Shown here piece after piece: positions 52,034-59,785 of a stretch of 64,000 bases of DNA. Below the pieces are notes generated by a model. It was not told where the DNA came from. It saw only the letters and a program-made list of their open reading frames with translations, and ran no database searches. Origin of the DNA: a virus; IMG/VR virus record IMGVR_UViG_3300022668_000040, positions 1 through 64,000 of that record; one strand, written 5' to 3'. The translations under genes were made by a program, and so were the position numbers. The first letter of the stretch is position 1. Each line of letters begins with the position of its first letter.

Positions 52034-53061
52034 TTGATAATACTTGCGCATGTTGGACATTTTCCTAATCGCTTTAAGTATAATTCCACATTATGTTGTG
52101 CGCGCAAAAATTCTTTATTTTCCGTGACCTTATCTTTAGAATATTTGTCTATCGACTGTAGAATATGCGCAAGGTTTTGCACATATTTAACTCTTTGGTT
52201 TATCTCATACGACTCTTTTTTAATAAACCTGGCATCTATATGTGGATAATTATTCAACAAAGTCGTATTCCGTTTGACCAACAAAAATTTGTCAAATTTA
52301 TACGTGTAGTTCATTTCTTGTTGGTGTATATGTTCTCTATCTTTATCCAACACTAACAATTCATCTATTTGCTTTTGAGATAGTAAAGAGGAAAGTTCTG
52401 ACAATTTTTCTAATATCTGATCTACAATAGATCGTACTTTAGTATATTTTTTATACCCTTTATTTAATTGCTTGTCCAAAGTAAGCAGAGTATTTAACTC
52501 ATGCCTTGCTTTATTTGTCCAATAAAGATCCTTAATATCTTTATTGGTTTCAGCTAGTAAATCATTATTTCTTTCTAAATCAGCAGATACAGTGCGGAGT
52601 TTCCCTTTTACAAATTTTAAGACCTTATCTGTTATTCCCAGCCCGGTAACTTTATTTATGGCTTGCCCAACTTGTCCAGGAGAAATATCTATCAAAAAAT
52701 ATATATTATGCTGTAATTGAACCGCATCACCATTTAGGCATAAGGCCGTCAACACTTCTTCGGGTACCTGTGTTCTAAGAGCCTTGAATTCTTTACCGTT
52801 AACCTTATAAGAATTAATGCTATGTGTCTTTTTACGGATAACAATTGACTTTTCTGTGTATATTTCTACGACTGTGGATTTTGTATCATGCCTTCTAAAT
52901 TTTTCCCCAACAGGCCTATTGGTCAATACCCAATTAACAGCTCTTATTATGGCTGATTTTCCACTCTCTGTATCCCCATAAAGTATATTCAAACCCGGAC
53001 TTAACTCTATCTGAGTATTTGTATGAGACTGGAAATTTGTTATAGCTATTTTAGTTATCAT
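52030..53061 (-). CDS. SbcC/Rad50-like ATPase, N-terminal half ending at the Zn hook
   Basis: NFQSH, Walker A GDTESGKS, Q-loop, C-terminal CPTC. Confidence 0.85.
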   Translation of the reverse strand: MITKIAITNFQSHTNTQIELSPGLNILYGDTESGKSAIIRAVNWVLTNRPVGEKFRRHDTKSTVVEIYTEKSIVIRKKTHSINSYKVNGKEFKALRTQVPEEVLTALCLNGDAVQLQHNIYFLIDISPGQVGQAINKVTGLGITDKVLKFVKGKLRTVSADLERNNDLLAETNKDIKDLYWTNKARHELNTLLTLDKQLNKGYKKYTKVRSIVDQILEKLSELSSLLSQKQIDELLVLDKDREHIHQQEMNYTYKFDKFLLVKRNTTLLNNYPHIDARFIKKESYEINQRVKYVQNLAHILQSIDKYSKDKVTENKEFLRAQHNVELYLKRLGKCPTCASIIK

Positions 53062-53334
53062 AGTATTTCTAATAAAATACTCTTTTGAAATATGTAATCA
53101 AGTAGCGATTTATACAAAGTGCAATTAAAATGACAATGCCCCAGCAATAGTAAGAGATTGAAGAACTATTGTGGGGCACTGAAAGGCGTGGACATGATCT
53201 ATTTACCCCCGTTGCCATCCGAGGGGAGGAGCAGACTATAAAAGAAAGGATGAGCTTTATTATTTCGATGTCGTCAAATGCACGATAGTCTTGCAGAACC
53301 ACTCATGCCTCATGGTAGCTCACTTATTTGTGAA

Positions 53335-53607
53335 TTACTTCACAGCTCGTTTCAGCTTCGCAGAGGGTTTAAATTTCACCCTATTGCTTGCCGGAATATC
53401 TATAGTTTCCCCTGTAGCAGGGTTTCTTCCTTTTCTGGCAGCTACTGGAGTGATAGAAAATGATCCAAATCCAGCTAAATCAACTTTCTCCCCTTCTTCC
53501 AATGCCTCAGCAATTGTTTCAAGGCATGCATTCAGCACAGGGCCTACTGTTGATTTTGGAATGTCGTTAAGATCAGAAATAGCTGCGATTAGTTCAGTTT
53601 TATTCAT
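53335..53607 (-). CDS. hup: histone-like DNA-binding protein HU
   Basis: MNKTELIAAI...GFGSF...ARKGRNPATGE.I.IPA...FKP...LK..V. Confidence 0.95.
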   Translation of the reverse strand: MNKTELIAAISDLNDIPKSTVGPVLNACLETIAEALEEGEKVDLAGFGSFSITPVAARKGRNPATGETIDIPASNRVKFKPSAKLKRAVK

Positions 53608-53710
53608 TACATTTTTCCTCCTGTCCTTATTGTTATTATCAACAATTAAATTATTTTATCAGTACTCTCATATATTATATACATTTTTTACTAAATGCAA
53701 GAATAATATG

Positions 53711-55171
53711 CTACCTTTTTAACAAATCTTCTAATGAATCTGCAACATCTCTGTCCTTCCGTATCTCTACAAATCTAGGTAGAAATAGTGAGTATTCCTT
53801 TTTATTTTTACTTATGGATACGGATTCAAATTGAATTGTAACTATTTTACCAATAAGTTCTTCAAACTTAATTATTCTCTGATCATCTGAAAATCCAGAT
53901 CCAACAGATACACACAATTTTCCATCCCTTGTGGAGCATTCGATAGCTCCAAGTTGTTTTTCATATTTTGTTCCTTTTTTACCATATTTACATTTTTTTA
54001 TGTACAGTTCCGCTTCGGATGCATTTTTTAGTTTTACTATATTTGGAGATGTATGATCTTTCCAAATACTGTTTAAATTTTTAAGTACCGCTCCCTCCCC
54101 TCCAGCTGCTCTTATTGTTTGATAAAATTTATTTACTTCTTTTAAAGAATGCACTTTTTTGGATTTTATTACATCCACAAACTCAGGGTCATTTACAGCC
54201 CGCACGAAACATCTTGTTTCATACAGTCGTGTATTGTAAGCTGAGCAATACTCTCCTTGAACAAAATTTCCCATAGAGTTAATTTGAATGTACCTTTTGC
54301 CCAATTTGTCAACATAAGATTTTGGGAGATTCACAATAGGCACAGAATCCCAACATCTAAAAGCCACACATTGGACATCCTCTTTATCTGCTGTACCATG
54401 AATGCATGAATTCAGAATACCATTACCTTCTTGTCGTGATAAAATTTTTCCATCTTTTATCACAATTAATTCCCCAGAGTATACTTTGTTACAGAATGAT
54501 TTGGAAGAGTAGTTATTTAATATTCCATATTTTGTGGATAATGTAGTTCTTCCACATTTCTTAGGGGGGAGGCCCCTTCCCTTCAGAATTATTTTTTTCA
54601 GATGATCTAACTGGTATACAGTTCTTCCATTTCTTGTGATTATTTTAATTTGAAATTTACTGTTTATCATGACATAAACAAACATGCCATCAGCTTTCTC
54701 TTGTATAATGGAAGGGAAAGTTATATTTTCAATCTTTTTCGTTGTAGAGCACCTCATATAAGGGACTACAAAAATAGTTCCCGGAACAGCCTTGTTTATT
54801 AATTTTCCACTTACACCACATTTTAAATCCTTATTTACTATTCTTCTCACCACTTCAAATGTTTTGGCATCTATAGAAGCAGCTAAATTGGCTAATTTAC
54901 TTTTTTCTTCATGGGTTGTTCCTGGCTTGTTAGCTAAAATGGATAACAAATCAAATATTTCTTTGATTGATCCCCCCTGTTGACTTGGAACTATGTTTTT
55001 AGGGTATTCCAAATCTTTTATCCCATATTTTTTATGGATATCTAAAGTGTATTTAACTACTTGTAAAAATAAAGGATCTTTTAAATGGGTCTTTAGTAAA
55101 TTTACTTTTTCATTTGTAGAAGAAGTATTTTGTAGAATCTCAAGATTTTCTAATATATGCTGTAGACTCAT
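53711..55171 (-). CDS. ATP-dependent DNA ligase
   Basis: QEKADG, GEL, GEGAVLK, VKLK, VGSGFSD, LFLPRF..IR.D. Confidence 0.92.
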   Translation of the reverse strand: MSLQHILENLEILQNTSSTNEKVNLLKTHLKDPLFLQVVKYTLDIHKKYGIKDLEYPKNIVPSQQGGSIKEIFDLLSILANKPGTTHEEKSKLANLAASIDAKTFEVVRRIVNKDLKCGVSGKLINKAVPGTIFVVPYMRCSTTKKIENITFPSIIQEKADGMFVYVMINSKFQIKIITRNGRTVYQLDHLKKIILKGRGLPPKKCGRTTLSTKYGILNNYSSKSFCNKVYSGELIVIKDGKILSRQEGNGILNSCIHGTADKEDVQCVAFRCWDSVPIVNLPKSYVDKLGKRYIQINSMGNFVQGEYCSAYNTRLYETRCFVRAVNDPEFVDVIKSKKVHSLKEVNKFYQTIRAAGGEGAVLKNLNSIWKDHTSPNIVKLKNASEAELYIKKCKYGKKGTKYEKQLGAIECSTRDGKLCVSVGSGFSDDQRIIKFEELIGKIVTIQFESVSISKNKKEYSLFLPRFVEIRKDRDVADSLEDLLKR

Positions 55172-55183
55172 AGTAAATCCATT

Positions 55184-55684
55184 TTATTTATAGAATTTAG
55201 GGAGTATATTATATTTTTTAAATAATGCAGCCAAAGGAATTGTCAATTTCTGGGCAGGTTTTCCTTTAGATGTTACGCGATATACAGGGATTTTTTGTCT
55301 TCCCCCAACTGCTCTCTGTAACTGATTATACGATGAGCGCATCAAAATTGAGGCTTTCGGAGCTTCTGAAGGGTGTATGTAAGGGTATTGCTTTTTTTTC
55401 AAATAATAGGCAGACCGTACCAACACCCTTGGCAAATCTTTTTGAGGTATATTATACCTTTTACAGTTATTCTCAAGCTTTGCGAGGAAGATATTACACC
55501 CACTACATATGACCCCACGAATAAGACCGCTACCATTATTTCTCTTCTTATGATGATGGTCCAAAACTGGCTTCGTTACAAATTTTCCACATATCGGACA
55601 CACCCCTCTCTGTTTTTTCAATATCCGTTTTCTCAGGGCAGGGATATCCTTATTTTTTAATTGGATTGGTTTACTGATTTTCAT
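55184..55684 (-). CDS. recombination endonuclease VII-like (Holliday junction resolvase)
   Basis: Q...CPIC...LDHHH...G.IRGV.C..CN. Confidence 0.8.
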   Translation of the reverse strand: MKISKPIQLKNKDIPALRKRILKKQRGVCPICGKFVTKPVLDHHHKKRNNGSGLIRGVICSGCNIFLAKLENNCKRYNIPQKDLPRVLVRSAYYLKKKQYPYIHPSEAPKASILMRSSYNQLQRAVGGRQKIPVYRVTSKGKPAQKLTIPLAALFKKYNILPKFYK

Positions 55685-56333
55685 ATTTTTGTACTTCGGT
55701 ACTAATAAAAGAAATATCCACCCCCGCCTGAGCAAATAATTGCTCTGATTCTTGGCCTGCATGATATTTTGACGCACAGACTACACGAACTATTCCACAA
55801 TTTATAATCAGCATGGCACACACCCGGCAAGGGGTCATTTTACAGTAAAGAGTTGCACCTTTTAATGAAATACCATTTTTTGCTGCTTGACATATAGCAT
55901 TTTGTTCTGCATGAATTGTGCGTACACAATGAGTGGTGATAGTACCATCGGAATCTGTATGTTTTACTTGCTTTAGCTGATGCCCCACATCATCGCAATG
56001 GGGAAGGCCTTTGGGAGATCCCACATAACCTGTTACCAGTATTTGATTATCTCTAGTTACAACACATCCACTTCTCCCTCTATCACATGTCGCTCTGGAA
56101 GCTACAGTTTCTGATATTTCAATAAAATAAGCGTCCCAGGAACATCTGACACTTAAATGTTGCTTACAATAGAAGGTAAATGTACGTGAAATTATACCTG
56201 TTAAATGATTTATAATAGAATGAGCATCAGTATGGGTATAGGATTGCATGTTATTGGCAAATATAAAAAATTCTACTTTTTTATCAATCTCTAAATTACT
56301 TTTACCATTAATCTGTATACTAATATGTTCCAT
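55671..56333 (-). CDS. dCMP deaminase with N-terminal extension
   Basis: WDAYF...A..RATC.R, HAEQNAI, TPC..CA. Confidence 0.9.
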   Translation of the reverse strand: MEHISIQINGKSNLEIDKKVEFFIFANNMQSYTHTDAHSIINHLTGIISRTFTFYCKQHLSVRCSWDAYFIEISETVASRATCDRGRSGCVVTRDNQILVTGYVGSPKGLPHCDDVGHQLKQVKHTDSDGTITTHCVRTIHAEQNAICQAAKNGISLKGATLYCKMTPCRVCAMLIINCGIVRVVCASKYHAGQESEQLFAQAGVDISFISTEVQKYENQ

Positions 56334-56358
56334 AAGCTATCCTTATTATGTATAAGTA

Positions 56359-56530
56359 AGAGAATAATGCAAATATGTACCTTTTTCCTATGCGTAATAA
56401 AAGGGTGTGTCGTCCTAAAATTCACGTTTGGAACTTTTTGGGTGTGTGGCAATGTGGAGTTGCCCCTTCACCAAGGCTCCATTTGCTCCTAAATCAAAAG
56501 TTAAGGCATGCACTATTTGCATTATTCTCT
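56359..56530 (-). ncRNA. putative ~172-nt structured RNA of unknown class
   Basis: Perfect 17-bp terminal inverted repeat (56359-56375 / 56514-56530) with nested inner stems. Confidence 0.5.
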
Positions 56531-56535
56531 ATTTT

Positions 56536-56611
56536 TGGTTCCCGAGTGGAGACTTGAACTCCAAACCTATCGGTTATGAGCCGATGGCTCTACCAGTTGA
56601 GCTACACGGGA
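56536..56611 (-). tRNA. tRNA with CAU anticodon, probably Ile2 (lysidine); elongator Met possible
   Basis: UCCCGUG-UA-GCUC AACUGGUA GAGC-C-AUCGG CUCAUAA CCGAU-AGGUU-UGGAG UUCAAGU CUCCA-CUCGGGA-A-CCA; encoded CCA. Confidence 0.9.
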
Positions 56612-56640
56612 CTATCTCAAGCTACACGGGACTGTCTCAA
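56601..56640. repeat. tandem 20-bp direct repeat overlapping the tRNA 5' end
   Basis: gctacacgggactatctcaa / gctacacgggactgtctcaa. Confidence 0.9.
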
Positions 56641-57029
56641 GAATTTCTACCAAGATTAAAATTAGTGAAATCCTCTTTACACCCGGTGGCACCAAATATC
56701 TTCACTGCTATAAAACTTGCGGGACAAGATAATCTGATTTTTTCTTTCTCCATAGTTACTATATTACAAGTTCCATAGCCATCACCATCAGAGTCCCCTG
56801 CACACGTCATTCTTTCTACAGCAATACTGTTGTTGTCGGCATATGCATATGCAGATTCATATGCCAATTTTTCGGTGTATCCTCTGCTGGAAATGACCAT
56901 TACAAAAATACCTATACTGAATAATATGCCTATAGAACACAGCGTAATTACCTTACAGTTGTGCTTACGTTTGCTCTGTGCCTTTTGTCTCTCAATACTC
57001 ATTTTATTCCCCATACGTGATAGTAACAA
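56637..57029 (-). CDS. membrane-anchored Cys-containing exported protein
   Basis: TM helix, then CAGDSDGDGYGTC...LSC...GC. Confidence 0.7.
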   Translation of the reverse strand: MLLSRMGNKMSIERQKAQSKRKHNCKVITLCSIGILFSIGIFVMVISSRGYTEKLAYESAYAYADNNSIAVERMTCAGDSDGDGYGTCNIVTMEKEKIRLSCPASFIAVKIFGATGCKEDFTNFNLGRNS

Positions 57030-57049
57030 ATTGATTGATAGCCATACTT

Positions 57050-58672
57050 TTATTCAGAAATATATTGAGAAATTGCCGCTGGAGTATTTGGAGAAAACCC
57101 GACAACATCCAACATATTATCATAATCTGGCCGCGCTATAGAAAACCTACTTGCAGTCATGCTGCAAACTACAAGTTTTACAGAATGCCCTACTTTATTT
57201 TGATATATATCCAATGCTTGCCAAGGATGAATATTCCCATGAGCAGTTTCATTATCTGTGTAAATCACTATTGCATCCACATCCCAATTTCGTTCTTTGG
57301 CATATAGCATAGGTAACGCACAGTCGGTTCCGCTAAAAGGTAAATTGGAAATTATCTGCAATGTTTGATGTAGTGTCATGCCAGAAGTAAGACACAGCTC
57401 CCCTACACACCCATTTGCACTCAGATGTTTAACATTACGGGGAGCTCCATGTGTGGTGAATCCAATTATTCCAGTGTGTTCTTCAACTCGCATAGTAACC
57501 ATAGCCAGAGCAGCAGATGCCATTCTGCAATCCAACAAGGGGGACCCGGATACTAAATTACATGCCATTGATCCTGATACATCCAATGATAATAGTATCT
57601 TTTTACCCGTGGACTTTACATTTTTAAACGACAAATAAAACGCAGTGTCGAGAATCTGTAAAACTTTAGCGTTCACACTCCAAGATAATGATCCTTTTAT
57701 CCCCCTTCCTCTATTATAAACCAATATAGCATTAAATAGAGATAACGGGTGAATCCTACTATGCAATATACTCTCACGGTTACTCAGTGCCTCCAAAGTT
57801 TTGTTTAATGAATCACTAAACGAATCATGCATTCCTAAAGAAGCCATTTTTCCCAAATTACGCACAAGTGCAGTGTATGGCATGTTTTCCAACAATGCCT
57901 CCCACACATCTCTATTTCGCAGCAATTCTGTGGGGACTACCTCTCTAGTCAATGCGTACTTTTTAATTATACCTGGGGCTTTAAAAGATTTGCATTTTCT
58001 AATCTTTCTTGCCCCTTCTGCATAAGGAGATACTTTTGGAATTTTTCTTATTCCTCCAGTAACGTAACCAAACAATCTGTTTTGATCTTCATTTTTTGGT
58101 TGTGCATGACACATTCGCAATACATCAGCATGTGTCCATCCCGATCTATTTTGGTATTTTAATAATTGATAAGCCAAAACATCTGTATTTTTAGAGGTGT
58201 ACCAATTTGCAATCTGCTCTCGTAAATTTCTACCAAACCCTCTCATATTCTTAATAAAAGAGACAAAGGTAAGAATATGTGTACCTATTCGACAAACTGC
58301 ATTTAAGTGTTGCAACGCATATTTTCTGGTTTCCAAATCTTCAGTGGATGCGGCCATAGCCAAACAAAAAATAGCGGCATCATTGCTTGCAGACAAACCT
58401 TCTTTTGATACAGATACTATAAGGTCTACTGCCCGCTTGCCATCTGATTTAATACACTTCTGTGCTGATTTACATGCCTCTACAGTAAGAGCCCTTTCCG
58501 AGACATAATAGGTCCCTCCTTCAGTTCCTATAACCAAGAGCCTTTCAAAATGTGCCCATTTTGAAATTTTAAAAGATATCCCTCCGGCATTATTCCTCTT
58601 TTGTTCTTCTACTCCGGGAACCTTATCTACTTGTCCGGTTACTTTATTACCATAATGTTTATTGTAATTCAT
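57050..58672 (-). CDS. rsr: Ro60/TROVE-domain RNA-binding protein with vWA domain (Rsr)
   Basis: NNAGG, GTEGGTYY, LLKYQNR.GWTH.D.LR..H, MP.TAL.RNL..M, SRIHP; vWA MIDAS DVSGSM, GTDC, TDNET; GAGGAG SD. Confidence 0.93.
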   Translation of the reverse strand: MNYNKHYGNKVTGQVDKVPGVEEQKRNNAGGISFKISKWAHFERLLVIGTEGGTYYVSERALTVEACKSAQKCIKSDGKRAVDLIVSVSKEGLSASNDAAIFCLAMAASTEDLETRKYALQHLNAVCRIGTHILTFVSFIKNMRGFGRNLREQIANWYTSKNTDVLAYQLLKYQNRSGWTHADVLRMCHAQPKNEDQNRLFGYVTGGIRKIPKVSPYAEGARKIRKCKSFKAPGIIKKYALTREVVPTELLRNRDVWEALLENMPYTALVRNLGKMASLGMHDSFSDSLNKTLEALSNRESILHSRIHPLSLFNAILVYNRGRGIKGSLSWSVNAKVLQILDTAFYLSFKNVKSTGKKILLSLDVSGSMACNLVSGSPLLDCRMASAALAMVTMRVEEHTGIIGFTTHGAPRNVKHLSANGCVGELCLTSGMTLHQTLQIISNLPFSGTDCALPMLYAKERNWDVDAIVIYTDNETAHGNIHPWQALDIYQNKVGHSVKLVVCSMTASRFSIARPDYDNMLDVVGFSPNTPAAISQYISE

Positions 58673-58696
58673 ATCGACTCCTCTTTGGAATTAGAA

Positions 58697-58772
58697 ACCC
58701 CGACCACACAACGGCAAGGCCGTAGGCAGAAGCAGAAGCTAGGCGAAAGGCAGAAGCAGGTGTGGACGGGGT
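58697..58772 (-). ncRNA. closed hairpin RNA with a 7x GCYU repeat loop
   Basis: ACCCCG.CCACAC / GUGUGG.CGGGGU stem around CUGCUUCUGCCUUUCGCCUAGCUUCUGCUUCUGCCUACGGCCUUGCCGUU. Confidence 0.55.
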
Positions 58773-58794
58773 ATACAGTATTTTTAGGAAAATA

Positions 58795-58881
58795 GGGCAG
58801 CTGATTTTTTGTTTGCGGCCAGCTTTATAACATCTGCATGCTGGATGTTAACCGCTTAAATTCAGCCATAGTCATTTACCC
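58795..58881 (-). ncRNA. closed RNA with a predicted H-type pseudoknot
   Basis: GGCUGA/UCAGCU, GCGGU/GCCGC, AACAUC/GAUGUU; loop CAGC complementary to downstream GCUG. Confidence 0.45.
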
Positions 58882-58926
58882 ATATAGTGTGGGCGAAATT
58901 TAATACCGGGTATTCTACTGTGCATG

Positions 58927-58970
58927 CAAATAATAGTGAACAAAACAAACATGATTATCACTATTATTTG
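58927..58970 (-). ncRNA. hairpin unit of the RNA array
   Basis: Perfect 13-bp stem caaataatagtga/tcactattatttg with an 18-nt U-rich loop. Confidence 0.4.
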
Positions 58971-59057
58971 ATTCAGCATGAAAATTAACATAAGCAACAT
59001 TGATTATAGGTTTAACTTTTTACTTCCTACTTCTTCATAGAGTAAGTAAAAATAAAT

Positions 59058-59118
59058 ATGGGCAAAATGTAAATTCAATCTTTCTGACTCAATGCGATAA
59101 CGAATTTTCGCGGCCCAT
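59058..59118 (-). ncRNA. minimal Y RNA-like (Y-d)
   Basis: AUGGGCCG...AAAUUCG-UUAUC...UGAAUUU-ACAUUUUGCCCAU; bulged-C Ro helix shared with the other three units. Confidence 0.7.
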
Positions 59119-59125
59119 TTTGATA

Positions 59126-59479
59126 TCACTTAATCAATCTTAATTTTGAATGTTTGTTTTTCTTTGGTTTTTTATCTTTTTTTGAAGCACTCATAGCTAC
59201 AGGAAGTATATAACGCGGATTCCCTTGCATTGTGAATTCTTCCGATCCATTTATTTGAGGAACTCTAAGTGTCCAAACAACGCGCCGGGGAGGCATAGAC
59301 AACATGTCTATTGTTACATGAAACCAGTCATCTTTTTTAGTTTCATCTCTCACAAATTCTCGTATTATGCCCCACATTAAAGAAGAATCTTCTCCAAAAA
59401 ATACCAGAACCGTACTTCCTTGTTCAGCACTTTTTGCTTGTGTTACAATAGATTTTACTTGTTTGATAAGTTGTTTCAT
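59126..59479 (-). CDS. hypothetical protein embedded in the RNA array
   Basis: Probable ATG 59479; DWFHV...PP..VVWTLR...I.G.EEFTM.G; ends KLRLIK. Confidence 0.7.
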   Translation of the reverse strand: MKQLIKQVKSIVTQAKSAEQGSTVLVFFGEDSSLMWGIIREFVRDETKKDDWFHVTIDMLSMPPRRVVWTLRVPQINGSEEFTMQGNPRYILPVAMSASKKDKKPKKNKHSKLRLIK

Positions 59480-59503
59480 CGAAATTCCCAATAAAAATAA
59501 AAA

Positions 59504-59625
59504 GTGGATAAAATAAAGCTCACAATGCGCGTCCTAACCACTAGACGATCACCGAATAGTCGGTGAGCAGGATTTGAACCTACGTTTCGGTCTCCAAATG
59601 ACGATAAGTGAACTTAACGACCCAC
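59504..59625 (-). ncRNA. yrlA: YrlA-type Y RNA (tRNA mimic) (Y-c)
   Basis: GUGGGUCG/UAUCCAC Ro helix; T arm GUAGG-UUCAAAU-CCUGC; acceptor-like stem UCACCGA-CUAU-UCGGUGA; D arm GUCU-AGUGGUUA-GGAC in permuted order. Confidence 0.85.
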
Positions 59626-59640
59626 AAAAATTTAAAGTGT

Positions 59641-59707
59641 CCCAGGGTTTCAATTTTAAGCAATACTAATAGGGTGGCTACTTAAAATATGGCAGAGCAA
59701 ACCTGGG
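59641..59707 (-). ncRNA. closed hairpin unit of the RNA array
   Basis: CCCAGG/CCUGGG plus AUUUUAAGUAG/UUGCUUAAAAU; G-U pairs form only on the - strand. Confidence 0.45.
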
Positions 59708-59740
59708 TAATGCCTTAGCCTGCATTTTTTACCTAAATTT

Positions 59741-59771
59741 GTGCTGAATGGTCCACTATCCCCTTCAGCAC
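59741..59771 (-). ncRNA. small hairpin unit of the RNA array
   Basis: GUGCUGAA/UUCAGCAC stem; loop region has two GGA motifs. Confidence 0.35.
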
Positions 59772-59785
59772 TCCTTTACGCTTAA

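Noticed and set aside
56359-56530. Theta/HDV-like ribozyme after the tRNA
   Set aside because: I could not build the nested double pseudoknot starting at the tRNA 3' end; left as an unknown RNA
56428-56778. + strand 116-aa ORF; also + strand ORFs 58601-58795 and 59863-60066
   Set aside because: Antisense to the tRNA, Y RNAs and - strand genes; no coding features
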